A stretch of DNA of 62,984 nucleotides, the filler included, from Lenisia limosa (lineage: Eukaryota; Protista; Breviatea), in assembly GCA_001655205.1 (NCBI GenBank). It is 11 parts of 11 records of this genome, joined end to end, with 100 filler letters (N's around TTAATTAATTAA, not from the genome) between each part and the next. Parts side by side here need not be neighbours in the genome. Positions count along the whole stretch, not along the records: positions 51,010 to 53,774 come from LPNZ01001710.1; positions 53,875 to 55,388 come from LPNZ01004652.1; positions 55,489 to 59,147 come from LPNZ01008548.1; positions 59,248 to 60,693 come from LPNZ01002641.1; positions 60,794 to 61,862 come from LPNZ01001766.1; positions 61,963 to 62,984 come from LPNZ01000546.1; 5 more parts are not named here. The stretch is one strand, 5' to 3'. Below the pieces are notes generated by a model. That model had not been told where the DNA came from and ran no database searches. It saw only the letters and a program-made list of their open reading frames with translations. Position 1 is the stretch's first letter; the number at the start of each line of letters is the position of its first letter. The position numbers were made by a program, and so were the translations under genes. Positions 51,010 through 62,716 of this stretch are shown in pieces.

Positions 51010-52638
51010 AAATGATCTACTGATCTGAGAACGTGATCGGATCTCAATAAGCGCGCACCAGATTGGAAAAGAGAATACCTGGGAGTAAAAATGGAAAAGC
51101 TTCACTTTCGGAATCCTCGATAAATCCTCAATAAATATTGATATTTTCTGGTCTTTTGGAACCGAAAGTGAAGCTCTAAAAATGGAAAAGTTATAACAAA
51201 AAAAACCAAAATCCCCCATCCCCCCAGACACATACGAAAAAACAAACTTAGTACCCCACTTGAAAAAACAAAACGTTTTTGTTTTCTTTTTCAGCCCCAC
51301 CCCCCTTTCTTACCAGTAGAAAAACAAGGCGTTTGACACCCCCATGCCGAAAAGGGAGGCGGAGAGGCCGGAGTAGATTCCTCCGAGCCCGTTTCCTTCA
51401 TGGTCTAGAGTATTAGAAGTGGGGCTTCACTTCGGTTCGAAAAAAGACTTAATATCTCCAAAAATCCTCGAAAACTATCGATATTTTCCCGAACCGAAGT
51501 GAACCTAATTGAGAAGTCGTTTAGTGGTTTTATAGGTGCGGGAGAAGAGTTTCATGGTGTAGAGGAGTTGAAGTTGTGAAGTATTGGAATATTTTTATGT
51601 TGTGTGAATAATATCATAATATATTACATATCATACGATAGAGATAAATCCTGACACGGATATTGAGCTTTATCTTGAGTTCTCGTATCATGACTCGCAG
51701 TAGTATACTGGATAGATTCTACAGTAAGGTGAATTTTTACAGCACGCATAATCCAATATCTCTGATAAATGTGATTGTAGCGTCGGTCAGAAAATCCCCT
51801 TTTTATCCATATAACCTCAAGCATATATCGATATATATACTATATGACATCATAGCTTTTTATTAAGGGAAGTGTACCAAATGTCGGGAGCATGGTTGTG
51901 ACTTAATTATATCCCTAGTTATTTATTCATTTCCCAAGATTCCCAATGTATATAATTTATCTTGTTCAAAAAAATAAGATTGTGTTACCCCCCACAGAGG
52001 TCTTTGAGGGTCTGAAGCAAAGAGGCTTTTGAGAGGTTATCGGAGCACTGACTGAGTAAAATCGGAAACTTTATGAAACAAAAACAATCAACTCTGTTGG
52101 CTAGCAACAAAAACTGGGGGGTTGATATGCAACAAAAACTGGGGGGTTGTTATGTGGTTATTATCAGAGAAATGGGGGTAAGTGTGGGTAGCAATAAAAG
52201 ATTGCAATTACAGGGGAAAAAAAGATGAATTATTGAATTGCCAATTCGCCAATTTCAAACCAAATTTGACAAAATTCATTGATATGCCTTCAATGCATGA
52301 TGAGAGGACTAAATTAAAGAGAATTAAAGCTGTCCAAAGGGAATGCGGAGAACTGCTTTTAAAAAGCATGTCAAATGAAAAACCAACCAGAGGAATAATA
52401 TGACCTTCAAATGGATACGTATTTCCCAATTTCGTCTCAATTGCCCCAGCAACCTGCATTCTAATACAGGCGGAAGTGAGAGGGTAGACACAAGTTACTG
52501 CGGTCATAGCGCTGACGGATCCAGCCATGCCATGGGCAGCTGACACAAGAGAACTATACCGTCACATCCTGCGTGCAAGCTTCGTTTTCACGATTATATA
52601 CATAATGATGAGGGCTAAGCTCACCTAGGGTGACTCAT
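51010..52638 (-). CDS. SLC25A17: Mitochondrial-carrier-family protein, peroxisomal PMP34/SLC25A17-like (3'-truncated)
   Basis: MSHPS|SLVSAAHGMAGSVSAMTAVTCVYPLTSACIRMQ|CSDNLSKASLLQTLKDL|YHEGNGLGGIYSGLSASLFGMGVSNALFFYW|YSLFQ resembles PMP34 [30 protein letters not shown]...SNFVYFY. All splice phases join. Confidence 0.72.
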
Positions 52639-54307
52639 TTTGAATTGAAGATGCTGGATCAAAAGGAAAGAGCGGAAAGCGCCAGTTTCTTTCAAAATCT
52701 AAGAAAACTAGCTAGAAATGCTGTAACTATAGATGCAGTTAGCGGCAAAAGGCTGCTATTTCTCCAAAATTGCGTTAAAGAGATAATTATACACCCCGCA
52801 GGTTATTATTATGGATTGGTGATTTGGTCTTCCTTGGGTCTTCCTCCACACTTCCAGCACTTTCGTATTGACTAGAGTATTGGGAATTTTCTTAGAATAC
52901 AGTAGACACAAAGAATAAAGTAACGTATCAAGCTTGGAATGTCGAAAATATGCCTCCAAATGAAGAATGAATAGCTTTTGCCGACGCTAAACACAATTAA
53001 AATGACTATTTATCAACCAGAGGCCTTTTCAGACACGTCTTCCTCCTTTGCTTCAACTCCGAAGTCAAAATGGGGCTCACATATGCAGGAGAGAATCTTC
53101 TCTCTCCCTCCTTGCAATATTTTCAATGAATTTTATGACAGGGACCTTGAAGAAGAGTTTCTGTACTACCATTTTGTAGGCCAGGTGGTGGAAAATCCAT
53201 ACCTTCTTCGCTTAGAGACCCTTTTTAACCATGTTTAGATCCAAAGAAGAAAAGCGAATCTAACAGCATGTTTGGTGGTAACGATTGCCCAGGTGGTGGG
53301 TTGTATTTTCGTTCTTTTACGCGGGAACATCGAAACCACTCTTGCCCAGCTCGTAATGGCTCCGTACTTCCTTTACCTCTGGGTGCATGGCGAAAAACGT
53401 GGGCTTCGGCTATTTTTTCGTTTTTTTCTCCTTTTACCACACTTTCGTTGTTTCTCTTGCTGGGCTACTGAGCTTCTATGTTTGCACTATTGTCTTTAAA
53501 ATGAATTTTATCTTCGTGTTGCGGAGGAATAGCATTCATCTCGCTTTCACAACATCGCCCACCTCCTTTTGGTTTATCTGATGATGTTTCATAGCCCTTT
53601 TCTCTTGTATCCATTCTCAACCAATTTTCTTCCTGTCTTTCAAATATGTCATCAGCATTACTACTATTTTACACACAACTTGCTTCTCCTCTATCCACCA
53701 TTTTTTTCTCCAGTAGTCTGGCGGCAAGTTTTTTTCTTTACCACCACCAAGGACCTCCCAGAACAACCGTTTCCNNNNNNNNNNNNNNNNNNNNNNNNNN
53801 NNNNNNNNNNNNNNNNNNTTAATTAATTAANNNNNNNNNNNNNNNNNNNNNNNNNNNNNNNNNNNNNNNNNNNNTGGACGGCTTCGGCCAGATACAAACT
53901 TTTTTCTCCTTGCTATATATCCCTTGGTATGTCACTGTTATGAAATCTGATTTTGTCTGTCAAGACTTACACTCTATTTCTAACCTAGCTCAATTGGTTA
54001 AGACTTCACACGGCACTGTATACAGTCTTATACTATAATCGATTCGGCCGGGAATATGTACAACTGGAATTATTCATTGGTTCGAAAAAGGACTAAATTT
54101 ATCGATAAATCCTCGAAAACTATCGATATTTTACCGGTATTTTTCGCCCTAAGTGTAACAACATGTATTCTCAAGAGATATGAGACATAAGATGTGTGAT
54201 CATTAATTATTAAGGTTGAATTGCTGTATGGATAATGATAGTTCACGTGTACACCTATCATAAAATCTCCTAGGTTGAATTGCTTCAGTTTTTTATTTGA
54301 ATCCCAG

Positions 54308-55322
54308 GCATCATGGGACCTGAGCACTACTTCCAGCTTGCATCAGGTGTGTGAAAGGGGAAATTAGAGCTTCAATTATTTTAGCATTTCATATAGTTTC
54401 CAATTTACCGTGTGATGGGATACAGTGCTGCAGAAGCGACNNNNNNNNNNNNNNNNNNNNNNNNNNNNNNNNNNNNNNNNNNNNNNNNNNNNNNNNNNNN
54501 NNNNNNNAGTTGATTTTGGGCTCTTTTTGTTTCATAAATTGTCCGATTTACCCTCCCCACCTCCCAGCCAGTCTCGTGGTTTCCGAAGTATGTGTTCTCC
54601 CCACCCTCTTCAGAGATTTCGCCTTCATGCTTCTCCGAACCACTGGTCTAGTGGACGCGGAGGAAGATGTGGGGGGGAGTAGAGGAGTATTATTTATGGA
54701 ACACCTAAATGATTAACTAGTTTTATTCCAACATTATATTGAGTTAGTTCAACACATATAATATAGAGTAATAGTTTTTAGTTCAACACAATTGCCTTCA
54801 ACCTACCAGAGTTTGAGAAGGTCAAAGGGTTGTCAATGGTCATGATAACATTGTGAGAGGGAGTGATTTCTTGTAGCTCATTTTGTTTAATTGTTTATTT
54901 TATGTTGTTGGAAATTTAGCGGCTAAGGCTCTCATGACGAATGAATTAATAAAATGCAATATCTCTTGTAAACATGATGGTGTGGATGGCTTCTTTGAGA
55001 TACAGTTTTGTTTTATTTCTCATTTCCTCGTATCATCATCTCTTATGGTAAGTCATATGTTGTGGAATCATTGCGTGTCAATTGTAAGGATTTTTTTTCA
55101 ATAATATATCTTTTCTCACATACGCTGGAGTGGGATGCGGTGCTGCAGAAGCGATTGACCTGGGCATTTTTTGTTTTGTTGTGTTCAACCCGTGTGTTGT
55201 CAGCCAACAGAGTTGAGGCTTTTTTGTTTCATAGATTTTCCCATTTTACTCCCCCCATCCCCAGCTACGTAGCCCTTCGTCTTGCTTATAGCTACAAACT
55301 GCAGCCCTTTGTTGTCATAAAA
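54308..55322 (+). CDS. Internal exons of an unidentified gene
   Basis: IMGPEHYFQLAS|ASLVVSEVCVLPTLFRDFAFMLLRTTGLVDAEED and YVALRLAYSYKLQPFVVIKQ, each bounded by AG/GT. The join between the last two is unresolved. Confidence 0.35.
55122..55264 (+). repeat. Family 2 repeat, most complete copy
   Basis: cgctggagtgggatgcggtgctgcagaagcgattgacctgggc...caacccgtgtgttgtcagccaacagagttgaggctttttgtttcatagattttcccattttactccccccatccccAG. Confidence 0.88.
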
Positions 55323-56494
55323 CAGTCAGGGGGGGGGGTGTTTTCATTTCATCTCGAAAGTCGGTATTATGGTCATATCACTAGTGGANNNNNNNNNNNN
55401 NNNNNNNNNNNNNNNNNNNNNNNNNNNNNNNNTTAATTAATTAANNNNNNNNNNNNNNNNNNNNNNNNNNNNNNNNNNNNNNNNNNNNATCACGAACCGA
55501 GTAATCTGAAACTATAAACAGGGGGGTGATCAAAATCAAAAATTCATCAATATTATGAAGTAGTATACATATCATCATATGTACAAATGTAGATACTAAA
55601 GCTCCATGCAATTAATTTTTTTGAGGAATTAATGAAGTGTCTCAAATAAGGTTCTCGTTACACAATCCCACTTCAAATTTTGAAATTAATTGTTCAATTA
55701 ATTGCACAGGGCCCTAGTAGATACATATGCATGAACGGCTAAACCCTATAAAACCCTATAAATCCCGATAGTTTATAAACTTTTTGAATAATTTCCCTCA
55801 ATAAACTTGGACATCAATAAAAACCAATAGAAATACGAAATAATGACCGAATGTGAAATTTCACACAAATTGCAGGAAAATTGGCACTCCGGGCCGGGCG
55901 CCCTGGGTCATTTTCTGAAATAGTCAGTTCAAAAATCTTGCTCTTTTTGTTACTTTGGATGTTCTCAAATTTGGAATTAAGTTCGTGGAAGTTTCATAAC
56001 TTTTGCAATATTTTGTGATTCGGACCCCGAAAGTTCCAGAAAGTTTCTTACTTGCCTAATTAGGAAAATAGGGCTTTGAAAGNNNNNNNNNNNNNNNNNN
56101 NNNNNNNNNNNNNNNNNNNNNNNNNNNNNNNNNNNNNNNNNNNNNNNNNNNNNNNNNNNNNNNNNNNNNNNNNNNNNNNNNNNNNNNNNNNNNNNNNNNN
56201 NNNNNNNNNNNNNNNNNNNNNNNNNNNNNNNNNNNNNNNNNNNNNNNNNNNNNNNNNNNNNNNNNNNNNNNNNNNNNNNNNNNNNNNNNNNNNNNNNNNN
56301 NNNNNNNNNNNNNNNNNNNNNNNNNNNNNNNNNNNNNNNNNNNCATAAGTTATGATCAAATAACTACAGTAACAGAGCATATTTCATAACCGTCACAGTT
56401 TTTCAAAACCGTCACAGTTTTTGTTCGGGAGCATATATATATATCGATATGGTGAAATAAAATATAATCTTTGGATACACAATAATACATAAAG

Positions 56495-56586
56495 GCTTCA
56501 CTTTGGTAAAAAAGACTGAATTTCTCGATAAATCCTCGAAAACTATCGATGTTTTACCGGTCTTTTTCGAACCGAAGTGAAGCCCT
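56495..56586. mobile_element. MITE family 1, subtype A
   Basis: GGCTTCACTTTGGTAAAAAAGAC...GTCTTTTTCGAACCGAAGTGAAGCCC-TA with the family core. Confidence 0.88.
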
Positions 56587-56672
56587 AGATACCATAAAAA
56601 CATACACCTGGGTTTCCTCGCTTCTCTGACGACCCAAACAATTGACGGTGGTCTATCTAACCTAACGCTCAG

Positions 56673-58487
56673 GTTGCGATAAAGCTGCGTACGTGGACCG
56701 ATGCTGGCGCCACCAAGCTGAAGACGATGTTTGCCAAGGTATGACGTGCCCCCGGGTAGTATTGTATAATACTTGTATTGTGGTTGAATTATTATTGTGT
56801 GCTGGGGAGGCACACAGATAGCTGTGTGCTCTCAGAGTGGTAAGGTGTGACCTATTATTTTACTTTCATCCTATATCTCTGATAAGCGTGATGGTGTGAA
56901 CGGTTTCGACCAGATTGTAACGAGAAAGTCATTTTAGACACTTTTTCATATCGCTTAATTTGTTCGAATAATGAAATGCACGGAGTCGATTTTCATTGAA
57001 ATTACCGTCATCTTTAGATGGGAGTCTCATTACGGCTTGCTGACGTGGACTGGTTGAGCTGTGGGGGGAGGGGGAGGTAGAGATATAACTAGGGCTTCAC
57101 TACGTCCCAAAAAAAGACTGAGTTTCCCGATAAATTCTCGATAAATATCGATATTTTGACGACCGTAGGGAAGCCCTAGATATAATATCATATACAAGAT
57201 GTAAAATGGGGGGGAGTAAAATTGGAAAATTTATGAAACAAATAAAACCCAAATCAACTCTGTTGGCAACACGCAAGGGTAAATTGGGGGGGGGGGTCAC
57301 TTTTCCTAGGTGATTGTAAATGCACCAGATAATTTAATCGGACTCACTTTTTTATTTCACACGTCTTCAGGCAAAGATAAGGACCGCGAATATATCACTG
57401 AACAGCTCAATGCCTACGCTCCCCAATACGAAATCGACCTTCGGCCTTACCCCACATTCACCAAAGTTTGTCGGTTTTGTTGGGATACATCGTACAGTTT
57501 GTCGTTTTATTAGGATTCATCGTAACATTCACCAAAGTTTGTCAAGATTTGAAGATATTTCGGGGGTCTCTTCCAATTCGACCAGCCTTGATTTACAATT
57601 TTAGAACACCTTCTCCGCGGCTGACTCCGTCTACGCCGTTTCTGCTATTCTCGAATCGCCTACCCCCATCCTGTGCGCTTGGCTATGCAGGGAAGGGGAA
57701 CGCTCCGATTAATTTGTTAAGAGAAATATTAATTTTCACAAGAAGAGAAATATTAATTTTCACAAGAAGAGAAATATTGATATTCTACTTCATTTAGCCC
57801 ATCTCTCGGGAATATTTTCTTTTCCCCATAACCATTCCCTCTATCGTTATGTTCTCACCAGGATCTTAAGATTGTTGCATTTTACGATTAAAATTACGAT
57901 TTTCAGTTACTTTGGGTACATTTATACCAAAAATCGTGATGGNNNNNNNNNNNNNNNNNNNNNNNNNNNNNNNNNNNNNNNNNNNNNNNNNNNNNNNNNN
58001 NNNNNNNNCTCCAACGAAGAACGCAAAGACCTCACCAACTCCTCGTAGGCTTCTTTCCTCGTATTTTGGTTGATTCTATCTAATATATAATCTTGTCAAT
58101 ACCATCTTCTGCTCATTATTCTGGAAAGCTTTGCTTTCCACTTCACCTTCTCTATTCCTCATTTGATGAAGAACTATAAATAAAACTCCATTTATTAGGA
58201 ATTGTTAATGAATATGCTATAATCGAATATCTCTTATAAGCGTGNNNNNNNNNNNNNNNNNNNNNNNNNNNNNNNNNNNNNNNNNNNNNNNNNNNNNNNN
58301 NNNTTGTTAACAATTTCGTTCTTATGAGGAAATTTCATATCTTGTAACTATCTCTAAAAATTCTTATTATGCAGAATTGATAACAATAATCAATAACTGT
58401 CTTTCTGAGGTAAAAATATCAATTTAGATCCTTATTTTGCAGAATGGTTACATCAAACTTTTGGCGAGCGTATTCGATACTCGGAAG
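56673..58487 (+). CDS. CDC45: DNA replication factor Cdc45, internal exons
   Basis: VAIKLRTWTDAGATKLKTMFAK|MGVSLRLADVDWLS|CKDKDREYITEQLNAYAPQYEIDLRPYPTFTK|NTFSAADSVYAVSAILESP...NFWRAYSIL follows the Cdc45 pattern LWT..G.K.L..LLAKMG...SASDVVYA..ALLE...NF..AYDAL. Confidence 0.8.
57091..57177. mobile_element. MITE family 1, subtype B (TIR GGGCTTCCCTACGGTCC)
   Basis: TA-GGGCTTCACTACGTCCC...GACCGTAGGGAAGCCC-TA. Other B-type copies at ~12496, 16314, 31045, 58512, 61449 and 62838. Confidence 0.85.
57720..57785. repeat. 24-bp tandem repeat x3
   Basis: aagagaaatattaattttcacaag repeated in a CDC45 intron. Confidence 0.8.
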
Positions 58488-59247
58488 GTGGGCTATTCAT
58501 TACAATTACGTCTTCTCTACTGTCCGAAAAAGACCAGAAAATTATCCCTCTTTATCGAGAATTTATCGAGTAATTCACTCTTTTTGGGACCGTAGTGAGG
58601 AAGCCCTAATTACAATACCAGGAAGTTATTTCATTTGAGGTTTTTTCTGGATACTGTGACCGGGATAATTCCTGACCGTTTTGTCATACGGTTTCTCGGT
58701 CAAGACTTGTCCCGGTCAGTGTATATGCATGAACGGCTAAACCTTATAAAACCCTATAAATCCCGATATTTTTATAAACTTTTTGAATAATTTCCCTCAA
58801 AAAACTTGGACATCAATAAAAACCAATAAAAATACGAAATAATGACCAAATGTAAAATTTCACACAAATTGCAGAAAAATTGGCACTACGAACCGGGCAC
58901 CCGGGGTCATTTTCTGAAATAATCAGTTCAAAAATCTTGCTCTTTTTGTTATTTTGGGATGTTCTCAAATTTGGAATTAAGTTTGTGGAAGTTTCATAAC
59001 TTTTGCGATATTTTTGTGATTCGGACCCCGAAAGTTCCAGAAAGTTTCTTACTTGCCTAATTAGGAAAATAGGGCTTTGAAAGTCTTAAAAAAACAGCCT
59101 TTTCTCTTCTGACAGCCCTTTAAAACTTATAATGACGTTAGAAACAGNNNNNNNNNNNNNNNNNNNNNNNNNNNNNNNNNNNNNNNNNNNNTTAATTAAT
59201 TAANNNNNNNNNNNNNNNNNNNNNNNNNNNNNNNNNNNNNNNNNNNN

Positions 59248-60629
59248 AAGATGACCCTTTTGCTTTTGCTGCACCCACAACCTACCCTCAGGTATGCACC
59301 CCTCTCATTCTCAACTCATTATGCTAGTTTTTTTTGTCGTTTTTCTCTCTAGGGTGTCTGAATCCTCTTAAGATAGTGTTTAATGTTCATTTCGCGATAA
59401 GTTTTTTCACGATTGACTAAATATGAAGCTTAATATCCGTATCAGGAAGAATGACAAGATAGAGTACTGTTTGTTTTAAAAACATCAATTATTGTTTTAT
59501 TCTTAAAAACATTCTGTATGACTTATCACGTTCAAAAGTGTGTGTATCTCTAGATTATTTGTAAAGTTAATTCACCCGACTGGTCTGGCCTTTGTTTGTT
59601 TTGTTGTTCTTAACCCGTGTTGTCAGCCAACATAGTTGATTTGGGCTTTTTTGTTTCATCAATTATCCAGTTTTACTCCCCCATCAGGACGTGTCTGTCG
59701 ACCCGTTTGCTTTTGCCCAGCCAAAACAGGAGCCGCCCGTGACAAACCTGCCAAATAAGGATGTTCCTTCTAGTAACTTGCCTTATCAAGAAGTTCCCTC
59801 AAGCAACTTGCCTAATATGGCAAGCGAAGCTTCTCCAACCACCATATCCCTCCAAGTGAGTGGATAAAACAAAATACAATGAGTAGTAGAGTGCTTGTTA
59901 CACTATTAGAACTTGTGTGTTAAACTCAAGGGGAGATTTTGGGGGGTCCAGAGTGATTATACCGGTCTTTTCGAAACGAAGTGAAGCCCTAAGCACTTGA
60001 TTCCAAAACAAAAAGAGCTAACTCGATAAGTTTCTATATTTTTTTTATGTATATTTGAACCGAAAATGAAGTTCAACAATACTTTCCACTTCAAATTGCA
60101 CATTTAATTTCCAATTAAGGGTACAATGTCATGTGAAGCTACAAATATTCTCACATGGCTTAACACCCTCCTGTGTACATATTGAAATATTTAAAGGAAC
60201 TCAATTATCCTGGAATCGCCCATTAATGTTCCAACTTTACTCCCTACCCCCACACATCACCTCCTCCCCCCAGGAACCGGAACCCGAAGAAGATCCGTTT
60301 GCTTTTGCCGCAGCTGGCCCGACTGGCGGTCAAGTCGTGGTGGGTGGGGATGTCGTTGTTATGATATTAATGATTACAATGATTCAATGATAATGGTGAT
60401 GATAATGATGATAATGATGTCAATGATGTTAATGATGTTGTTGATGAAAATTATCTTAATGATGATGATGACGATATGATGATGATGATGACGATATGAT
60501 GATGTTAATTGATGTTAATAATGTTAATTATAATTAATGATGACGATGAAGGAGGCGGAAGAAGACCCATTTGCATTTGCCACGGCCGCCCCGGCTGAAA
60601 AAAGCCCTTTTATGTCACCCGAGCCTCAG
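59248..60629 (+). CDS. Low-complexity protein with a repeated DPFAFA motif (internal fragment)
   Basis: Four exons each carry DPFAFA: DDPFAFAAPTTYPQ|DVSVDPFAFAQPKQEPP...SLQ|EPEPEEDPFAFAAAGPTGGQ|EAEEDPFAFATAAPAEKSPFMSPEPQ. All phase 0. Confidence 0.7.
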
Positions 60630-60793
60630 GTGGATGAGGTATTATTGGTTATTTTGAGGGAATGATGAGTGGACTTATTTAGCTCCGCCCCCCNNNNNNN
60701 NNNNNNNNNNNNNNNNNNNNNNNNNNNNNNNNNNNNNTTAATTAATTAANNNNNNNNNNNNNNNNNNNNNNNNNNNNNNNNNNNNNNNNNNNN

Positions 60794-61663
60794 CAAAACG
60801 TTGATATCTCCTCTGGAGAGGTGAAAAGGAAAAAAAAATATCAAACAAGAAAAAATGGAAATGAAACAAATAAAAAACGCAAAATTAACGTTCATTGGGA
60901 ACTAAATGCCAGTCGCCTCGGGTGGTAGAAGTTAAACGGATGCAATAAAAGAGAGAAAGAGAGATTGAGTGAGAAAATAATAATAATAATAAAAATTAAT
61001 AATAACAGCACTGTATTAATATGAGGTACAAAAGTTTCCTAATCCGAAGTAGAAGACGCACCTGAGTCTGGTCTTTCCGGCCACTTCCTTGGCCACTCCT
61101 CCGAACATAGTAAGGGCAATAGCTTCCTAATATGGTAAGTGCAAACAAAGGGGATTTCCTAATATGTCTCAAAAGATTTGGAAGGTACCGGTCTTTTCAA
61201 TGTAATGTTGATAATATCCACAAAGATTCGGGGGAGCATGGGCTTATCAAACCTTAGTGCTTTGGTGGCCATAAATGGAGGGTGCAATGGAAGCAAGGAT
61301 GCGGGCCTGAAAATCGTCAAAAAATAAAAATTGCTGAAAGAAAAAGGAAGAATAATTTGTGAAATTCAGATGATAGCAAGCCTCAACCTTGGTAGGTAGC
61401 TAGTACGTAATAATAGTACCCCCCCCCTCCATTAATATTCATTCATAGTAGGGCTTACATATGGTTCCAAACAAAGATCAAATTTCTCGATAAATCCTCG
61501 AAAAATATCCAAATTTTACCGGTCTTTTTCGGACCGTAGAGAAGCCCTAATCATATGAAACACCCTCACCTTGATGTTTGGGAGTTGTGCCAGTTCGCGG
61601 ATGGTCTTCTCGTCGTCTTCTGACAGGTTATGGCAGGCAAACTTCTCGCGCTTCTTGCTGATT
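60794..61663 (-). CDS. MCM2: MCM2-7 helicase subunit, most like Mcm2, internal exons
   Basis: ISKKREKFACHNLSEDDEKTIRELAQLPNIK|ARILASIAPSIYGHQSTK|EAIALTMFGGVAKEVAGKTRLR|GDINVL is the MCM AAA+ entry region (SIAPSIYGH...FGG...RGDINVL). Confidence 0.85.
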
Positions 61664-62085
61664 CTGAGGAGTAAGGGGTTCTTAAGGGGGAAAATAAATA
61701 AATACTAAAAAACCTGGGGATCCAAGAAAACTACAAAAGGGAATCATAAACTAAAAAGTGCCTGGGTCTTTTTGTTAAGTTCCATCGTATGCGTAGTCAG
61801 GAAAACAGGTTGATTTGGGCTTTTTATTTCATAAATTTATCCAATATTGCCCCCCCCCCCCCNNNNNNNNNNNNNNNNNNNNNNNNNNNNNNNNNNNNNN
61901 NNNNNNTTAATTAATTAANNNNNNNNNNNNNNNNNNNNNNNNNNNNNNNNNNNNNNNNNNNNGGAGAGGGGGGGAGGGGTGAAATGATATAATGTTTAAT
62001 TTTCAATTTTTCTGTTGTGTATTTCCATTCCATGAGCTTTACACTATTTTGTCTTTTTTGTATTTATTTTATTATTCCATTTCAG

Positions 62086-62716
62086 AACCAGTCGCAGTTC
62101 CTGAGTTTGAGGACTTTATCCATAGAATCGAAGAAATCTCGGGAATTCAAAAAGACAACTTGGTGCGATTACTTTTCTTTTGGATAATCTAATGTCAAGC
62201 AATTTCTTGCATGCCTGATTCCCCTGTTTACAGTTCAAACATTTGGGTGCATTCTCCTGTTTACAGTTCAGACAATTGTGTACAACGGCAACCGATTGAC
62301 TTCCTGGTCGCTCATCAAGGCCTTCAATAAAGAATCCATGCCAGTGTTCCGCTGCTTCGACTCTTCCGACGCCAAATGTTGGGGGAGTGTTATCATTTTC
62401 TGCAAATGGTATGGTGTGTGATCATTTTGGGCATATGGTTTGATCATCTTATTGTGTGATGACTTTGTTTATGGCATAGTAGTTGCGGCGATTGTAAGTT
62501 TGTTAATTCTGTTCCAAATTTGAACTTTGATTTTGAAGGTTTTCATTTGTTTGGTGTTTGTCGTTTGTTTGAAGGGGTTTTTTGCTCATCATTTCAGACA
62601 TTCCTGAACATTTGAGAAAGCTAAAACCACATTTCGATCCGATTCCAAGCGATCATCTCAAGTCGGCTCAACAAACCCCTCCTCTAACTCCTGGAAGAAC
62701 CGATCTTCGAGTCAAG
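62086..62716 (+). CDS. Hypothetical protein with a ubiquitin-like segment (partial)
   Basis: EPVAVPEFEDFIHRIEEISGIQKDNL|...TIVYNGNRLTSWSLIKAFNK...|DIPEHLRKLKPHF...TDLRVK. The 'I.EISGI....Q.IVYNG..L' pattern is ubiquitin-fold-like. Confidence 0.45.

Larger units (their letters stand above)
55725..59083 (+). repeat. Two direct copies of a ~360-bp repeat (55725-56082 and 58723-59083) on either side of the CDC45 exons
   Basis: Both copies run from atatgcatgaacggctaaacc...tataaatcccgat to ...taggaaaatagggctttgaaag with few substitutions. The first copy ends in an N gap. Confidence 0.88.

Noticed and set aside
52700-53500. Possible gene upstream of the SLC25A17-like gene
   Set aside because: Open frames exist on both strands, but no consistent exon chain or recognisable motif could be built.
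55725-59083. LTR retrotransposon (paired direct repeats about 3 kb apart)
   Set aside because: The interior contains spliced CDC45 exons, with no gag/pol, no TG...CA ends and no PBS/PPT recognised.
60333-60550. Asp/Asn-rich coding stretch
   Set aside because: It is a GAT/AAT microsatellite-like tract with stops, lying between the donor at ~60333 and the acceptor at ~60550 of the DPF gene, so it is intronic.
56673-61663. CDC45 and MCM2 (both CMG helicase components) within 5 kb, suggesting a replication gene cluster
   Set aside because: They are on different segments, separated by two artificial TTAATTAATTAA linkers, and both genes are cut at the joins, so the adjacency is not evidence.
7508-61918. 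Recurrent TTAATTAATTAA palindrome as a biological motif
   Set aside because: It is always centred in an exactly 100-bp N gap and has stops in all six frames, so it is an assembly spacer.
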